From positions 1-63,807 of IMG/VR virus record IMGVR_UViG_3300050138_000202: a stretch of DNA of 63,807 bases; one strand, given 5' to 3'. The DNA comes from a virus (taxonomy: Duplodnaviria > Caudoviricetes). The translations under genes and the position numbers were made by a program. Below the pieces are notes generated by a model. The model searched no databases. It was not told where the DNA came from and was given only the letters and a program-made list of their open reading frames with translations. Shown here piece after piece: positions 8,241 to 17,612 of the stretch (its first letter is position 1; each line of letters opens with the position of its first letter).

Positions 8241-9641
8241 ATGGTTGAACAACTACAAGGATTAATGAAAGCCCTGGAAGCAGGTAGCTACCTAGCTGCA
8301 CCAGATCGTCTTGCACAAGGCGCAGCCCTCATGATTGAGGATCTGTCACCCGTTATGCAGAATGTGACCTATGACGACAGTCACATTAAACTTCAAAAGA
8401 TGTTGCCGTCGAAAGACGTCAAATCTCAACTTCACCAGTTTAACCGTCAGTTAGACTATGGTATCTTCGGTGGGTCAGCCCAGTTCGAAGGTGGCGTCGG
8501 TGAAGAAGACACCAGCACTTACGTGCGTGCAGTTGTGCCTATGGCATACTACAGCACCACTCGTAGAGTGACTGTTGCAGCAAACATGATCGGAGCATTC
8601 GACGGCCAAAAAGCTGAAGACCGCGCCGCTGCAGATGCTGCAATGAAACTCGCTGGTGATATCGAATTCGACTCTTTCCGTGGTCAATCTGACTTCTCGG
8701 ATTCGGGTGTTTTCGATGGTAACCCCGCAGTAGTTGCCAAGGTTCCGAACATGATTGGTGTTGACCAACAAGTTCGTCAATCTGACGCTCAGTCTAACAC
8801 CCAGGACTTGATGTTCGCAGAATTTGGTTCCGACCAAACTGTCGTTCTGTCAGTCGGCGGTACTCTGACTCAGTCGATTATCGAAGATAGCTCTGTTCGT
8901 TCCGCAATGAACATGGGCGCAGCAGATCGTTTGATCCTTGATCCGATCAGCTTATCAGCTTATAACAAAATCGCTCACGCAAAAGAGCGGATTATGTTGG
9001 CAGGTTCTGCTCAAGAAGCAACTGGCGCGCACTTGCGCACTCAGTGGACTTCGAGCGCAATTGTTAGTTTGGAAGCTTCACGTTTCCTTTCTGGCAAAAC
9101 CCGCCCAGCACGCGCTCGCGCAGGTTCGCCTGGCGCTCCTGGAGCCCTGACCGTCGCAGACGCAGGTGCAGCAGGATCTCTGTTAGCCGCAGGTACTTAT
9201 TGGTACTATGTGACTTCAGTTTCGATGCGCGGTGAATCGTATCCCTCAGCAGCATCTTCTGTCGCAGTGGCAGCAGCTGGTGACAAAGTCACCGTTGGAT
9301 GGACCGCAGTTTCTGGAGCACAGTACTACAACGTTTATCGTTCTGGTGCAGGTGGTTCGGCTAGCTCTGCCAAGTTCGTCGGCAAAATCGCACAAGGTTC
9401 TGGCAACCCACAGTTTATTGACTTGGGCAATCGCCAACCTGGCTCTATCACTGGCTTCCTTATCCAAGGAAACACGATGGGCTTCGCACAACTCGCTCCT
9501 TACAGCAAGTTGAAACTCGCAGTCAACGACCTCAGTTTGCCGGAAGCTCACTTCCGCTTCCTGTCGCTTGCTCTCTATCAACCACGCAAAAACGTGCTCT
9601 TGGAGAACATCACTGGTCAATTGATTCCCGGTGGCGGATAG
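8241..9641 (+). CDS. Major capsid protein (Twort/SPO1-like, with beta-sandwich insertion)
   Basis: 466 aa; N-terminal LMKALEAG..GAALMIEDL pattern; YYVTSV..GES..YNVYRS insertion; C-terminal LALYQPRKNVLLENI; followed by a terminator. Confidence 0.9.
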   Translation: MVEQLQGLMKALEAGSYLAAPDRLAQGAALMIEDLSPVMQNVTYDDSHIKLQKMLPSKDVKSQLHQFNRQLDYGIFGGSAQFEGGVGEEDTSTYVRAVVPMAYYSTTRRVTVAANMIGAFDGQKAEDRAAADAAMKLAGDIEFDSFRGQSDFSDSGVFDGNPAVVAKVPNMIGVDQQVRQSDAQSNTQDLMFAEFGSDQTVVLSVGGTLTQSIIEDSSVRSAMNMGAADRLILDPISLSAYNKIAHAKERIMLAGSAQEATGAHLRTQWTSSAIVSLEASRFLSGKTRPARARAGSPGAPGALTVADAGAAGSLLAAGTYWYYVTSVSMRGESYPSAASSVAVAAAGDKVTVGWTAVSGAQYYNVYRSGAGGSASSAKFVGKIAQGSGNPQFIDLGNRQPGSITGFLIQGNTMGFAQLAPYSKLKLAVNDLSLPEAHFRFLSLALYQPRKNVLLENITGQLIPGGG

Positions 9642-9672
9642 TAATTAGCCTCTAAATATTAGTAATTTTTAC

Positions 9673-9703
9673 AACCTCTGAGGTTTTCTTCAGAGGTTTT
9701 TTT
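9673..9703 (+). terminator. Rho-independent terminator
   Basis: AACCTCTGA/TCAGAGGTT stem plus T-run after MCP. Confidence 0.85.
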
Positions 9704-9725
9704 ATGTCACATGATATAATGGTAC

Positions 9726-10421
9726 ATGAGCAAAATAAAAATTGACTTATTGTCGGATACACACAATCGTCACGCGCGCTGCAAATGCGACGGCGGTGAT
9801 ATTTTAATCCATGCAGGTGATATGACTGGCCACGGTGATGCTCACGAAATCACGAGCTTTTTACAATGGTTCGCCGAGCAAAAATACAAACACCACATAT
9901 TGATCGCTGGAAATCATGATTTTGGCTTTGAAAAAAGTCCAGATACGTTTGCCGCAGCATGCAAGGCACTCAAAATTACCCTTTTGAATGACTCTGGCGT
10001 GACCGTAGAAGGTGTCAAAATCTGGGGTTCACCCGTTCAGCCATGGTTCCATGATTGGGCGTTTAATCGTCAACGCGGTGCTGATATTAAAAAGCACTGG
10101 GACCTCATTCCAGAAGACACCGAAATCCTCGTTACACATGGTCCTCCAGCCGGTATTTTGGATATGACGACTTTTCCCGATGGAACCCCAAACATCCCAG
10201 TTGGCTGCCAAGACTTGGTAGATAAACTAGCGAAAACACAGGTAAAACTGCATGTTTTTGGACATATTCACGAAGCTCGTGGAGTGCTATATTCTGGTCC
10301 TCGCACCTATGTAAATGCCGCATTTCTGGATCGCATGTATTGTCCGCAAGCTAAAAGGCCCATTAGGGCCACTAGGGAAGTCGTCCAGGACGGCAGTATC
10401 GTATATCTTGCAGAAGAGTAA
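9726..10421 (+). CDS. Calcineurin-like metallophosphoesterase (MPPED-like)
   Basis: SDTH, HAGD, AGNHD, THGPP and FGHIHE motifs; TGATATAAT 5 nt upstream (leaderless). Confidence 0.92.
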   Translation: MSKIKIDLLSDTHNRHARCKCDGGDILIHAGDMTGHGDAHEITSFLQWFAEQKYKHHILIAGNHDFGFEKSPDTFAAACKALKITLLNDSGVTVEGVKIWGSPVQPWFHDWAFNRQRGADIKKHWDLIPEDTEILVTHGPPAGILDMTTFPDGTPNIPVGCQDLVDKLAKTQVKLHVFGHIHEARGVLYSGPRTYVNAAFLDRMYCPQAKRPIRATREVVQDGSIVYLAEE

Positions 10422-10473
10422 TCTTAATGGTCGGAAGCAACATAAATCCGACGTTCTCTCTAAGGAGTTTTAA

Positions 10474-11442
10474 ATGGCCCTAACTACTAACACAATCATT
10501 GATATCGTAGATATGCTGACCGACAAGAAGGCTGGCAACGAATTTGCCGCCGCCGTCGTTAATGGCTCCGTACTGTCGTCCGACACTATGAAGCGATTGG
10601 TTATTGCAATGGCCGACGCGCAAGTGGCCAAGAATATCCAGGCAGCTATTTTGTGCCAACGCACTCTTAGTAGCCATGACATAGCGGTCATGGTTGATGC
10701 ATTTGCAAGTAAACCATATGCTATGGAAGTTGTAAACGCTATAAACTCTTATTGTGCCATTAACTCTCACCATGGTCCAGCGCTTGTTCCTTTGCTCACT
10801 GCTGGAAACTTCAGAATTTTGGCAGAAGCAGGAATCAGCAACGCGTCTAGCGCCACGGTTACCGGCAATATTGCAGTAAGTCCAATCGCTCACACGGCGA
10901 TCACTGGATTCACGTATACACCAAACCTAGGTGGAGCACATGGTAGCGCAACTGAAGTTAGTGGGAATGTGGATTCTCCAGACAACGCGGCTCCTACACC
11001 AGCCAATTTAACTCAAGCCGTTCTTGATATGCAAGCAGCCTACACTTTTGCTCAAGGTTTAGTTGTTCCTGCTCCAGTCGTTGGTTTAGGCGGAGGTACT
11101 CTGAACGGACAAGTTCTAGTTCCTGGTATTTACAAATGGTCCACAGCCGTGGATATCACGGGCGATATCACTATCAATGGTGGAGTTGCAGATTCGATAG
11201 TTCTTCAGATCGCAGGCACTCTCGATTTAGAGGTAGGTAAGCACGTTATTTTAACTGGTGGAATTTTACCACAGAATGTTACTTGGGCCGTTGCTGGTGC
11301 AGTAACCCTCAAAACAAGTTCAATCTTCAGAGGCGTTATACTTGGCCAAACAGCAATTTCAACTCAAGCTACTACCACGGTTCATGGCGCTCTATATGCA
11401 CAAACCGCAGTTGCTTTAATTAGCGGCAATACTGGCGCATAA
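10474..11442 (+). CDS. Ice-binding-like (DUF3494) domain protein with N-terminal helical domain
   Basis: TAGNFRILA..GNIAVSP..ITGF, LTQAVLDMQAAY, LVPGIYKW, NVTWAVAG and GALYAQTAV match the IBP-1 beta-solenoid. Confidence 0.88.
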   Translation: MALTTNTIIDIVDMLTDKKAGNEFAAAVVNGSVLSSDTMKRLVIAMADAQVAKNIQAAILCQRTLSSHDIAVMVDAFASKPYAMEVVNAINSYCAINSHHGPALVPLLTAGNFRILAEAGISNASSATVTGNIAVSPIAHTAITGFTYTPNLGGAHGSATEVSGNVDSPDNAAPTPANLTQAVLDMQAAYTFAQGLVVPAPVVGLGGGTLNGQVLVPGIYKWSTAVDITGDITINGGVADSIVLQIAGTLDLEVGKHVILTGGILPQNVTWAVAGAVTLKTSSIFRGVILGQTAISTQATTTVHGALYAQTAVALISGNTGA

Positions 11443-11468
11443 TTTAATTATTACAATCTAGATTTTTA

Positions 11469-11500
11469 AAGGCTCTGATCTCTCAGGGCCTTTTCTTTTT
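11469..11500 (+). terminator. Rho-independent terminator between convergent genes
   Basis: AAGGCTCTGA/TCAGGGCCTT stem plus T-run. Confidence 0.75.
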
Positions 11501-11772
11501 CATCCGTAAGGAAACTTACGTTTGATCGTATTTTCAAGCTCATTCACGCGATTGTGAAGGCCTTCCTTCAAAGCTGTGAGCACGGTCTCAAGCTTCTCCT
11601 CAAGAGCGGCAACTTTTCCCTTCAATTCAGTAACTTCTGAACTTGCGGCTGCGCCTACTGCTGCGGCTGCTCCATCCGTTGCTACTGCTGCTGCTTCCCA
11701 TCCTGCCGCTGCGGCTGTAGGGTCTGCTGGCGTCGATGCTACCGGCGCTGATTCTGTCTGTGGACTTCCCAT
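11500..11772 (-). CDS. Hypothetical Ala-rich coiled-coil protein
   Basis: AGGAG RBS, 90 aa. Confidence 0.65.
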   Translation of the reverse strand: MGSPQTESAPVASTPADPTAAAAGWEAAAVATDGAAAAVGAAASSEVTELKGKVAALEEKLETVLTALKEGLHNRVNELENTIKRKFPYG

Positions 11773-11828
11773 TTTTATCTCCTATTAAGGTGTTAGTGAA
11801 TGCAGAATACAACTGATCCAAAATTGGG

Positions 11829-12239
11829 TCAAGTTGTTTTTGGTTTCTTTTCCCATTTGGCGATTAATGCAGCGGCGGCACCAGGCTTAGGGCGATCATC
11901 GACTAGATTTCCCGTCTCCAAAGCGTCAACGATAATGCCAATAGAGGCCAGCGCGTGTCCTAAATGCGGTTTTTGGCTATCTGAAGCCAATTCTTCTCCA
12001 TCCAAAAACGCTTGCAGGTGCCTCATCGCGGCAGATATGTAAATTGTACAAATGACCTTGTTTTCGCGCCAATTGTATGGGCCATATTTCTTAGCGCCGT
12101 CTTCCATTGCCAGGGCTTGGTAGATGATACTGGCAGCCGGAACTAGGTGTAAATTCACCTTCTTGGCCCCCAATAGGTCCTTCGGATTAATTCCAAGGGG
12201 CGCAGGGGCTTGATTTGACTGACCATTTTCTTGTGACAT
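11829..12239 (-). CDS. dATP/dGTP diphosphohydrolase N-terminal domain protein (DUF5664-like)
   Basis: NPKD..GAKK, GAKKYGPYNWR, AAMRHL, DSQKPHLGHA and DDRP motifs. Confidence 0.85.
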   Translation of the reverse strand: MSQENGQSNQAPAPLGINPKDLLGAKKVNLHLVPAASIIYQALAMEDGAKKYGPYNWRENKVICTIYISAAMRHLQAFLDGEELASDSQKPHLGHALASIGIIVDALETGNLVDDRPKPGAAAALIAKWEKKPKTT

Positions 12240-12355
12240 TGATTCTCCAGTTTTGGTATAAAATACCAGTATTTACCGACTTTTGGTCGATTCTTTAGGG
12301 CAAATGCCCAGCAATCTTTAACCTGAATATATCGTAGATTGGAGTATGTGTCAAT

Positions 12356-12802
12356 ATGAGATTATCCTGTGACTTTATCGTAAATTATGCAAGCGTCAAC
12401 CAGTTTGCCTTTCAAGACCAATGGAAAATCCGTGCTGGAGATCCAGTTACCCTTTATTTTCAGCTGATTGACCTAGATCAACCTGCTGCAGGGTGTAATT
12501 GCTCGAACTCGTCTAATAGTGGTTCTGGGCTACGCTACATTGCCGGTATTGGCCTGGACGAGCCTGCAGTACCACTCATCATAGTAAGTTTTCCTTCCAT
12601 TGACAACTCAAAAGTGTTACAATTGATTGCAACCCAGGTCAGCCCTCTCGACGCCTCTATTTGGCAAATCACCCTTGTTCCAACCCAAGTACCTGGAAGT
12701 GGAAACGTCTTGTTTCAAATCAATGAAGGAACCTCTACTCGCACATTCAGAAAAATGAATGGTATGTCTGTAGAGTTACCTGGCTCCGATGGATCGTGTT
12801 AG
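12356..12802 (+). CDS. Putative virion protein
   Basis: Beta-rich 148 aa after an AATCTT motif, first gene of the neck cluster. Confidence 0.6.
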   Translation: MRLSCDFIVNYASVNQFAFQDQWKIRAGDPVTLYFQLIDLDQPAAGCNCSNSSNSGSGLRYIAGIGLDEPAVPLIIVSFPSIDNSKVLQLIATQVSPLDASIWQITLVPTQVPGSGNVLFQINEGTSTRTFRKMNGMSVELPGSDGSC

Positions 12803-12804
12803 AT

Positions 12805-13446
12805 ATGAAATGGACAGTAGAGGCTATTATAACAGAATCTAAAAAATATGACAGCGTATCTGAATGGAGAAAAAACTCCAATTCAAGCATGGTGCTTGCT
12901 TGTAAGCTTGGCATATATGGCGATCTTTCTAAAGAAATGAAAAGATGTCAAAAATGGACAAAAGATGCCGTCATTGAAGAGGCGAGAAAATATTCCACAA
13001 AAAGCGAGTGGAAAAAGAAATCTTCTGGATCTTACTATGCGGCCAATATTAATAGCTATATAGACGAATGCGCCACACACATGAAAAAAGCTGGGCGTTC
13101 TTCCGTAGCAGAATTGGAAATTTTAGCATATGTAAAAAAACACCATCCTGATGCCAAGAAGGCTAGATTTGGAAAGCGACTAAAAGGAAATTCCGGTAAT
13201 GGTCTTGAATTGGACGTATTTATCCAAAACCTAAATAAGGGTATAGAGTTCAACGGCGAGTATTGGCACGGAAAGGGATTTAAGCCAAAATCTTGGGCCA
13301 TAACCCCCAAAGAGTACTCGGCCTACAAAAAGAAGTTTTTTAATAATCTTGGAATAAATTTCATAGAAATAGAAGAAAAAGACTGGTTGGATAACAAGTC
13401 AGAATGTTTATTAAAAATTGATTCCTTCCTAAGTGGTGGTCTATAA
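12805..13446 (+). CDS. Putative homing endonuclease (PD-(D/E)XK type with N-terminal WT..EAKKY repeats)
   Basis: ELDVFI..GIEFNGEYWH motif; two repeats; AT-rich. Confidence 0.8.
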   Translation: MKWTVEAIITESKKYDSVSEWRKNSNSSMVLACKLGIYGDLSKEMKRCQKWTKDAVIEEARKYSTKSEWKKKSSGSYYAANINSYIDECATHMKKAGRSSVAELEILAYVKKHHPDAKKARFGKRLKGNSGNGLELDVFIQNLNKGIEFNGEYWHGKGFKPKSWAITPKEYSAYKKKFFNNLGINFIEIEEKDWLDNKSECLLKIDSFLSGGL

Positions 13447-14279
13447 TGGATTTTAGTAAAACAGGCTCTAAGGTAGACGGCACCTCCGTATATCCAGTAC
13501 ACGCCTCACAGGTTTCAGACCTGCTGTCACGATGCGAGCCCATGCTCGATCAAGAGAAATTTAGACGCATGTTTTTGAAAGGCATTCGTTTGCACTTTCC
13601 AAACGGCGATCAATATACTCCAGAAGACCTTACTGAAAAACTGAATTGGGCGATGAATGAAACCGAACTTCTTCTTAAGCTCACGATCACACGCGAAGCG
13701 TTCCAACACAAGGTTCCATTTGATTACGCGCTCTACAAAGCCTATATTCATGTGCGCGCAGAAAAGGGTCCGATCATAAGTCTTGAACAGCTTGCAATTG
13801 TGAGCGCCGACAACAACAATATTTTCACAATACCGCCAACGTGGATCGAAACCACAAATTTTGCTAAGCGTCTTATCAACGTCGTTCCACTTTTGGCAGC
13901 CTATGGTGTCAACCAAGTTTCTGGTGCAGTAGGTAACGCAGGTATCGCATTTTTAACAGTCATGGACGGTCTAAACTGGGTGCCAGCATATTGGCAGATC
14001 CAGTATACTGCCGGTCTTTCGACCGCAGAAGGTCAAGTTCCAGTTCCCGTCAATGAACTCATTGGCTGTGTTGCAGCTATCTCAATTTTGAGTGAAATTC
14101 AAGCAACTTATCGATACAACTCACAATCACAATCGCAAGATGGAATTTCTCAGAGCAGTACTGGTCCTGGACCTCGTCAATTTCAATTGCGTATTGAGGA
14201 TCTGGAGAAAAAACGTGACAGGCTTGTAAGCAAGCTAAGCGCTATTTTCTCAAACAGATTCCTGATCGACAACATCTAA
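13446..14279 (+). CDS. Head-tail adaptor/neck protein
   Basis: IQYTAG and SQSQDGISQS motifs typical of large-myovirus neck proteins; position. Confidence 0.65.
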   Translation: MDFSKTGSKVDGTSVYPVHASQVSDLLSRCEPMLDQEKFRRMFLKGIRLHFPNGDQYTPEDLTEKLNWAMNETELLLKLTITREAFQHKVPFDYALYKAYIHVRAEKGPIISLEQLAIVSADNNNIFTIPPTWIETTNFAKRLINVVPLLAAYGVNQVSGAVGNAGIAFLTVMDGLNWVPAYWQIQYTAGLSTAEGQVPVPVNELIGCVAAISILSEIQATYRYNSQSQSQDGISQSSTGPGPRQFQLRIEDLEKKRDRLVSKLSAIFSNRFLIDNI

Positions 14280-14288
14280 GAGGCACAT

Positions 14289-14792
14289 ATGGGAATCGAC
14301 AAAGGAATATTGTCGGCTCTGGCCGACCATCAGAAAAAGGTGCGCGGTCCTCATTTTATGTTTTCTGTGGAGCGACCACTTCATCCACAAAACGATGAAG
14401 TAAAAATGGGTCACGATCAGATTCTGAACAGCCTATTCAATGCTGGTTACGATGCCCATGAGATTCGTAGTCAGTTCGGCAAAGCTCAGAAGGGTATTAT
14501 TATTTATCAAATCACACCGGAAGTCGCAGAAGAGCTTCACCAATTGGTGGCGAAACTCGGCCAAGGACACTCCATTTACTCTACTGGATTGGCTCATGAA
14601 ATGAGATTTCACCACGGCTCTTATGCTGGCCGTTCGCATTATGGAGAAGGTACGTCGTACTGGAATTCTCCTCCTGGCGACGCTTATCATACTTTGCCTG
14701 GTGCCGCCGCACATTTTAGTCATAATTTTGACTATAAGTCGGTTCACATGGCTAAACAACTAGGTAATCGGGGTCCGCGTGGGCAGCGATAA
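14289..14792 (+). CDS. Hypothetical protein (morphogenesis module)
   Basis: GAGG RBS; co-directional. Confidence 0.65.
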   Translation: MGIDKGILSALADHQKKVRGPHFMFSVERPLHPQNDEVKMGHDQILNSLFNAGYDAHEIRSQFGKAQKGIIIYQITPEVAEELHQLVAKLGQGHSIYSTGLAHEMRFHHGSYAGRSHYGEGTSYWNSPPGDAYHTLPGAAAHFSHNFDYKSVHMAKQLGNRGPRGQR

Positions 14793-16149
14793 GGGAGTTG
14801 GAGTACATCAGAGCTATAAAGACGAAGCGGCCAAGGGTTGTGACGTGCTTTTTCATGTGAGTATAAAAGGTAGACATACGCTAGTGGACGATATTCCGCT
14901 GCACATGTCGATCAAAATATTCAAGAGCCTTGATGAATTTGATTTGGACGAACTGAAGGCTTATGTGAAGGAACACGATATTTCTTCACCTGATCCGCAG
15001 TGCATGATCTTTAAACCGATCATCTTCAAGTCGGAATATACTGGTCTAGAATACTACATGCTCAAGATCGAGGGTCTGCCTCCCAAATACAAGGCCCTGT
15101 ACGACAAGTACGACAAGGTGGGCAACGTATATAAGCAATTCATGACTCACGTCACCATTGACAAAGAAATATACGACGACATCAAAGAAAACGGAATCAC
15201 GGCTGATGACATCGAATTCAGCCATTTGGTTCTGGAAAAGGGTGCTGGAAATACATATCATGATTTCGGAAAGTCCGAAGGGTTCGGAAAATCGGATTAT
15301 GGTCCAAAACACATGGGTCTTTATAGTCACGCAGATAATGCGAAACGTAAAGAGGGCAGAACGGGCGAAGTTGCTCACGTTGGACCAAATAAGGCTGTGC
15401 AACATGCGGGGCCTACCAGAAATGACCAGGCGGCAGCGGCAGCTAAAGATGCGCATCAAAAGAGTCGAAAAAACCCAGTAAAGGTTTTTAATCGAAATCA
15501 GATTCGCTATTTGAATCAAAAGGCAGCTAAACATGGAAGTCTTGGCGTTCCTATAAGATCCAAGCTGGCAGCTTCTGAGGATGCTCAATTAGAAAAGGGC
15601 ATCAAACACGTTGCTGCAGCAGTTGGTACAGCCGCCGCATTGATGTCTAGCCCAATGAGAGAAGCTCCTGCAAGTGCAGCTACACCGCCGCACATAGCTG
15701 TTCACCAGCAAGCGCCAACTTACAATAGCGGTAAAATGCTTCGTACAATTGCTAGCGTAGAGACCAATAATGGTCAAAATGTGAAGCACAAGCCTGTCGG
15801 CGGCATACATGGTGGCGAGACAGCTTTCGGAAAGTATGGACTTATGCCCAATACGATTCGCGAAACCATTGGAATGAATCGCGACCTAAAGACGAAGCAT
15901 GGTAAGGCGACGAATTTAAAAGGCGACGATATGCGCAGGTACATGGAAGATAATCCTGGACTTGAGGATGCCGTCGCACAAAGGCATTTGGCAAGGCTCG
16001 AACACCATTTTGGTCAAGATCCTTCGAAGATTGGGTATAGTTGGCTTGAGGGTATTCGTGGAACATACAAGGCAATGAAAGAAAAAAAAGACATAGAAAA
16101 TCATTGGCATGTGACCAAGATAAGGGCGGCGTATGGAAAAGAGAAGTAA
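14779..16149 (+). CDS. Fusion protein: 2H-phosphoesterase-like N-terminus and lysozyme/lytic-transglycosylase-like C-terminus
   Basis: H42-M-S44 and H124-V-T126 motifs; C-terminal IASVETNNG...AFGKYGLMP; linker FGKSEGFGKSD. Confidence 0.6.
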   Translation: MGSDKGVGVHQSYKDEAAKGCDVLFHVSIKGRHTLVDDIPLHMSIKIFKSLDEFDLDELKAYVKEHDISSPDPQCMIFKPIIFKSEYTGLEYYMLKIEGLPPKYKALYDKYDKVGNVYKQFMTHVTIDKEIYDDIKENGITADDIEFSHLVLEKGAGNTYHDFGKSEGFGKSDYGPKHMGLYSHADNAKRKEGRTGEVAHVGPNKAVQHAGPTRNDQAAAAAKDAHQKSRKNPVKVFNRNQIRYLNQKAAKHGSLGVPIRSKLAASEDAQLEKGIKHVAAAVGTAAALMSSPMREAPASAATPPHIAVHQQAPTYNSGKMLRTIASVETNNGQNVKHKPVGGIHGGETAFGKYGLMPNTIRETIGMNRDLKTKHGKATNLKGDDMRRYMEDNPGLEDAVAQRHLARLEHHFGQDPSKIGYSWLEGIRGTYKAMKEKKDIENHWHVTKIRAAYGKEK

Positions 16150-16751
16150 TGGGTTGTGTTTATAAAATAACAAATACTGTGAATGGAAAGCTTTACATAG
16201 GGCTAACCACTTCCACCATTGAAAATAGATGGAAGAAACATGTCAAGGACGCCCTAGTATCGAATAGGCCCCATGCAATTCATAATGCGATTAGAAAATA
16301 TGGTGTACAAGCATTTATTATAGAGTCCTTGATTGAAACAGACAATTTGATCACTCTGAACGAAGTTGAAAAGAAAATGATAGAATGCAACAACTCAATG
16401 TATCCTAGTGGGTATAATTTACATAGTGGCGGAAATGCCCATGCAGTTTCCGAAAGAACCAGATTGCTGATGAGTGCTGTTCAGCGTGGCAAAAAGCAAT
16501 CCGACGAAACTAAAGCCAAAAGGTCAGCCAAACTTTCTGGTCGTGTGCAACCATTGCATTTGGTAGAAAAAAGAGCCAAATCTAGATCGCGCACTGTAAT
16601 AGAATTGGGTAGTGGTAGGATTTTTGAGTCGGTAAACTCTGCGGCTCAGTATTTAGGAATAAAAGCCAGAGGTATAAGTAAAAATTTACATGGACAATCC
16701 AATCATTATTTTGGATTTCGGTTCGAATTTATGGAGAGTATATGCAAATAA
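16149..16751 (+). CDS. GIY-YIG homing endonuclease (NUMOD3/NUMOD1)
   Basis: CVYKITNTVNGKLYIG, GYNL, SDETKAKRS; TAATG coupling. Confidence 0.9.
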   Translation: MGCVYKITNTVNGKLYIGLTTSTIENRWKKHVKDALVSNRPHAIHNAIRKYGVQAFIIESLIETDNLITLNEVEKKMIECNNSMYPSGYNLHSGGNAHAVSERTRLLMSAVQRGKKQSDETKAKRSAKLSGRVQPLHLVEKRAKSRSRTVIELGSGRIFESVNSAAQYLGIKARGISKNLHGQSNHYFGFRFEFMESICK

Positions 16752-17245
16752 CACCAAATGAAGTGGATACGGTAGAGGACGCAGGAATGATCGATGGATC
16801 GCCAGTGAAACTGATACGCACAAAAGGAGGCTTTTGGATTGCGACGGGCAAGCCGCGCGGCAAATTTCGAGAAGAGGCTATTGCGGCTGGAAGTCATCCC
16901 GCTATTGTACGATATCAGCTTGAAAAGCAATATCCTACGTTTCAGCCCGTGATGCAAAAGAGCGAAAATATGGCCGATATGGCGAAGGTTGAAAAACACT
17001 CTCACTATCTGTCTGACTCTCTACGCAAATCTGGACACGATATTTTTTCGATTCAGACTCCTGGCAAAATCGAGTTCCAGATCACTAAACAGAACGTAAC
17101 CCTACACTCCGTTGAGAGCCAACTTAGAGACGGCGCAATGGTTTTCGGTAAATTAGAAATCGGCAAAGAATTCACACGGGCACTTGCTGGCGCAACCGCC
17201 GAGAAGGCTGTTCAGTGTGGAGCGAAAATCCGAATCGGGAAATAA
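16742..17245 (+). CDS. Hypothetical protein (possible internal head protein)
   Basis: GGAG RBS; MQKSE motif. Confidence 0.65.
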   Translation: MQITPNEVDTVEDAGMIDGSPVKLIRTKGGFWIATGKPRGKFREEAIAAGSHPAIVRYQLEKQYPTFQPVMQKSENMADMAKVEKHSHYLSDSLRKSGHDIFSIQTPGKIEFQITKQNVTLHSVESQLRDGAMVFGKLEIGKEFTRALAGATAEKAVQCGAKIRIGK

Positions 17246-17246
17246 T

Positions 17247-17612
17247 ATGTGCGTAAAAATGATCATCGACAATCTTCCATACGCCTACGACCCACAGGGA
17301 AATTTCTTGGAACAAGCCAAAAGATGCTCTGAGGTTATTGTTGAGTATTTGCCAAACGATGAGCAAATCAAGCATTTTTTACAAGAAGTGCAAAAGTGTG
17401 CAAAAAACGGCACGAATCTGAACTTCGCCGTCAAGGTCAATTACGGCCACTATCTTTCAGGCTTCAAAACCAAAAAAGAGATCAAGCGCGCCTTAAGTGA
17501 TATATCCCTTAACGAAGTAGTGAAGTTGATGGCCCTAAGTCAACACGGCGCAGAAAAGACGCTAGAAGAACTATCTTTGATGTGCTTAAACCGAGAAGTG
17601 AATGGAAAATAA
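17247..17612 (+). CDS. Hypothetical protein
   Basis: ATG right after the upstream stop. Confidence 0.6.
   Translation: MCVKMIIDNLPYAYDPQGNFLEQAKRCSEVIVEYLPNDEQIKHFLQEVQKCAKNGTNLNFAVKVNYGHYLSGFKTKKEIKRALSDISLNEVVKLMALSQHGAEKTLEELSLMCLNREVNGK

Noticed and set aside
9120-9430. Ig/FN3-like insertion in the major capsid protein as a novelty
   Set aside because: A comparable insertion is, to my knowledge, normal in Twort/K-like capsid proteins.
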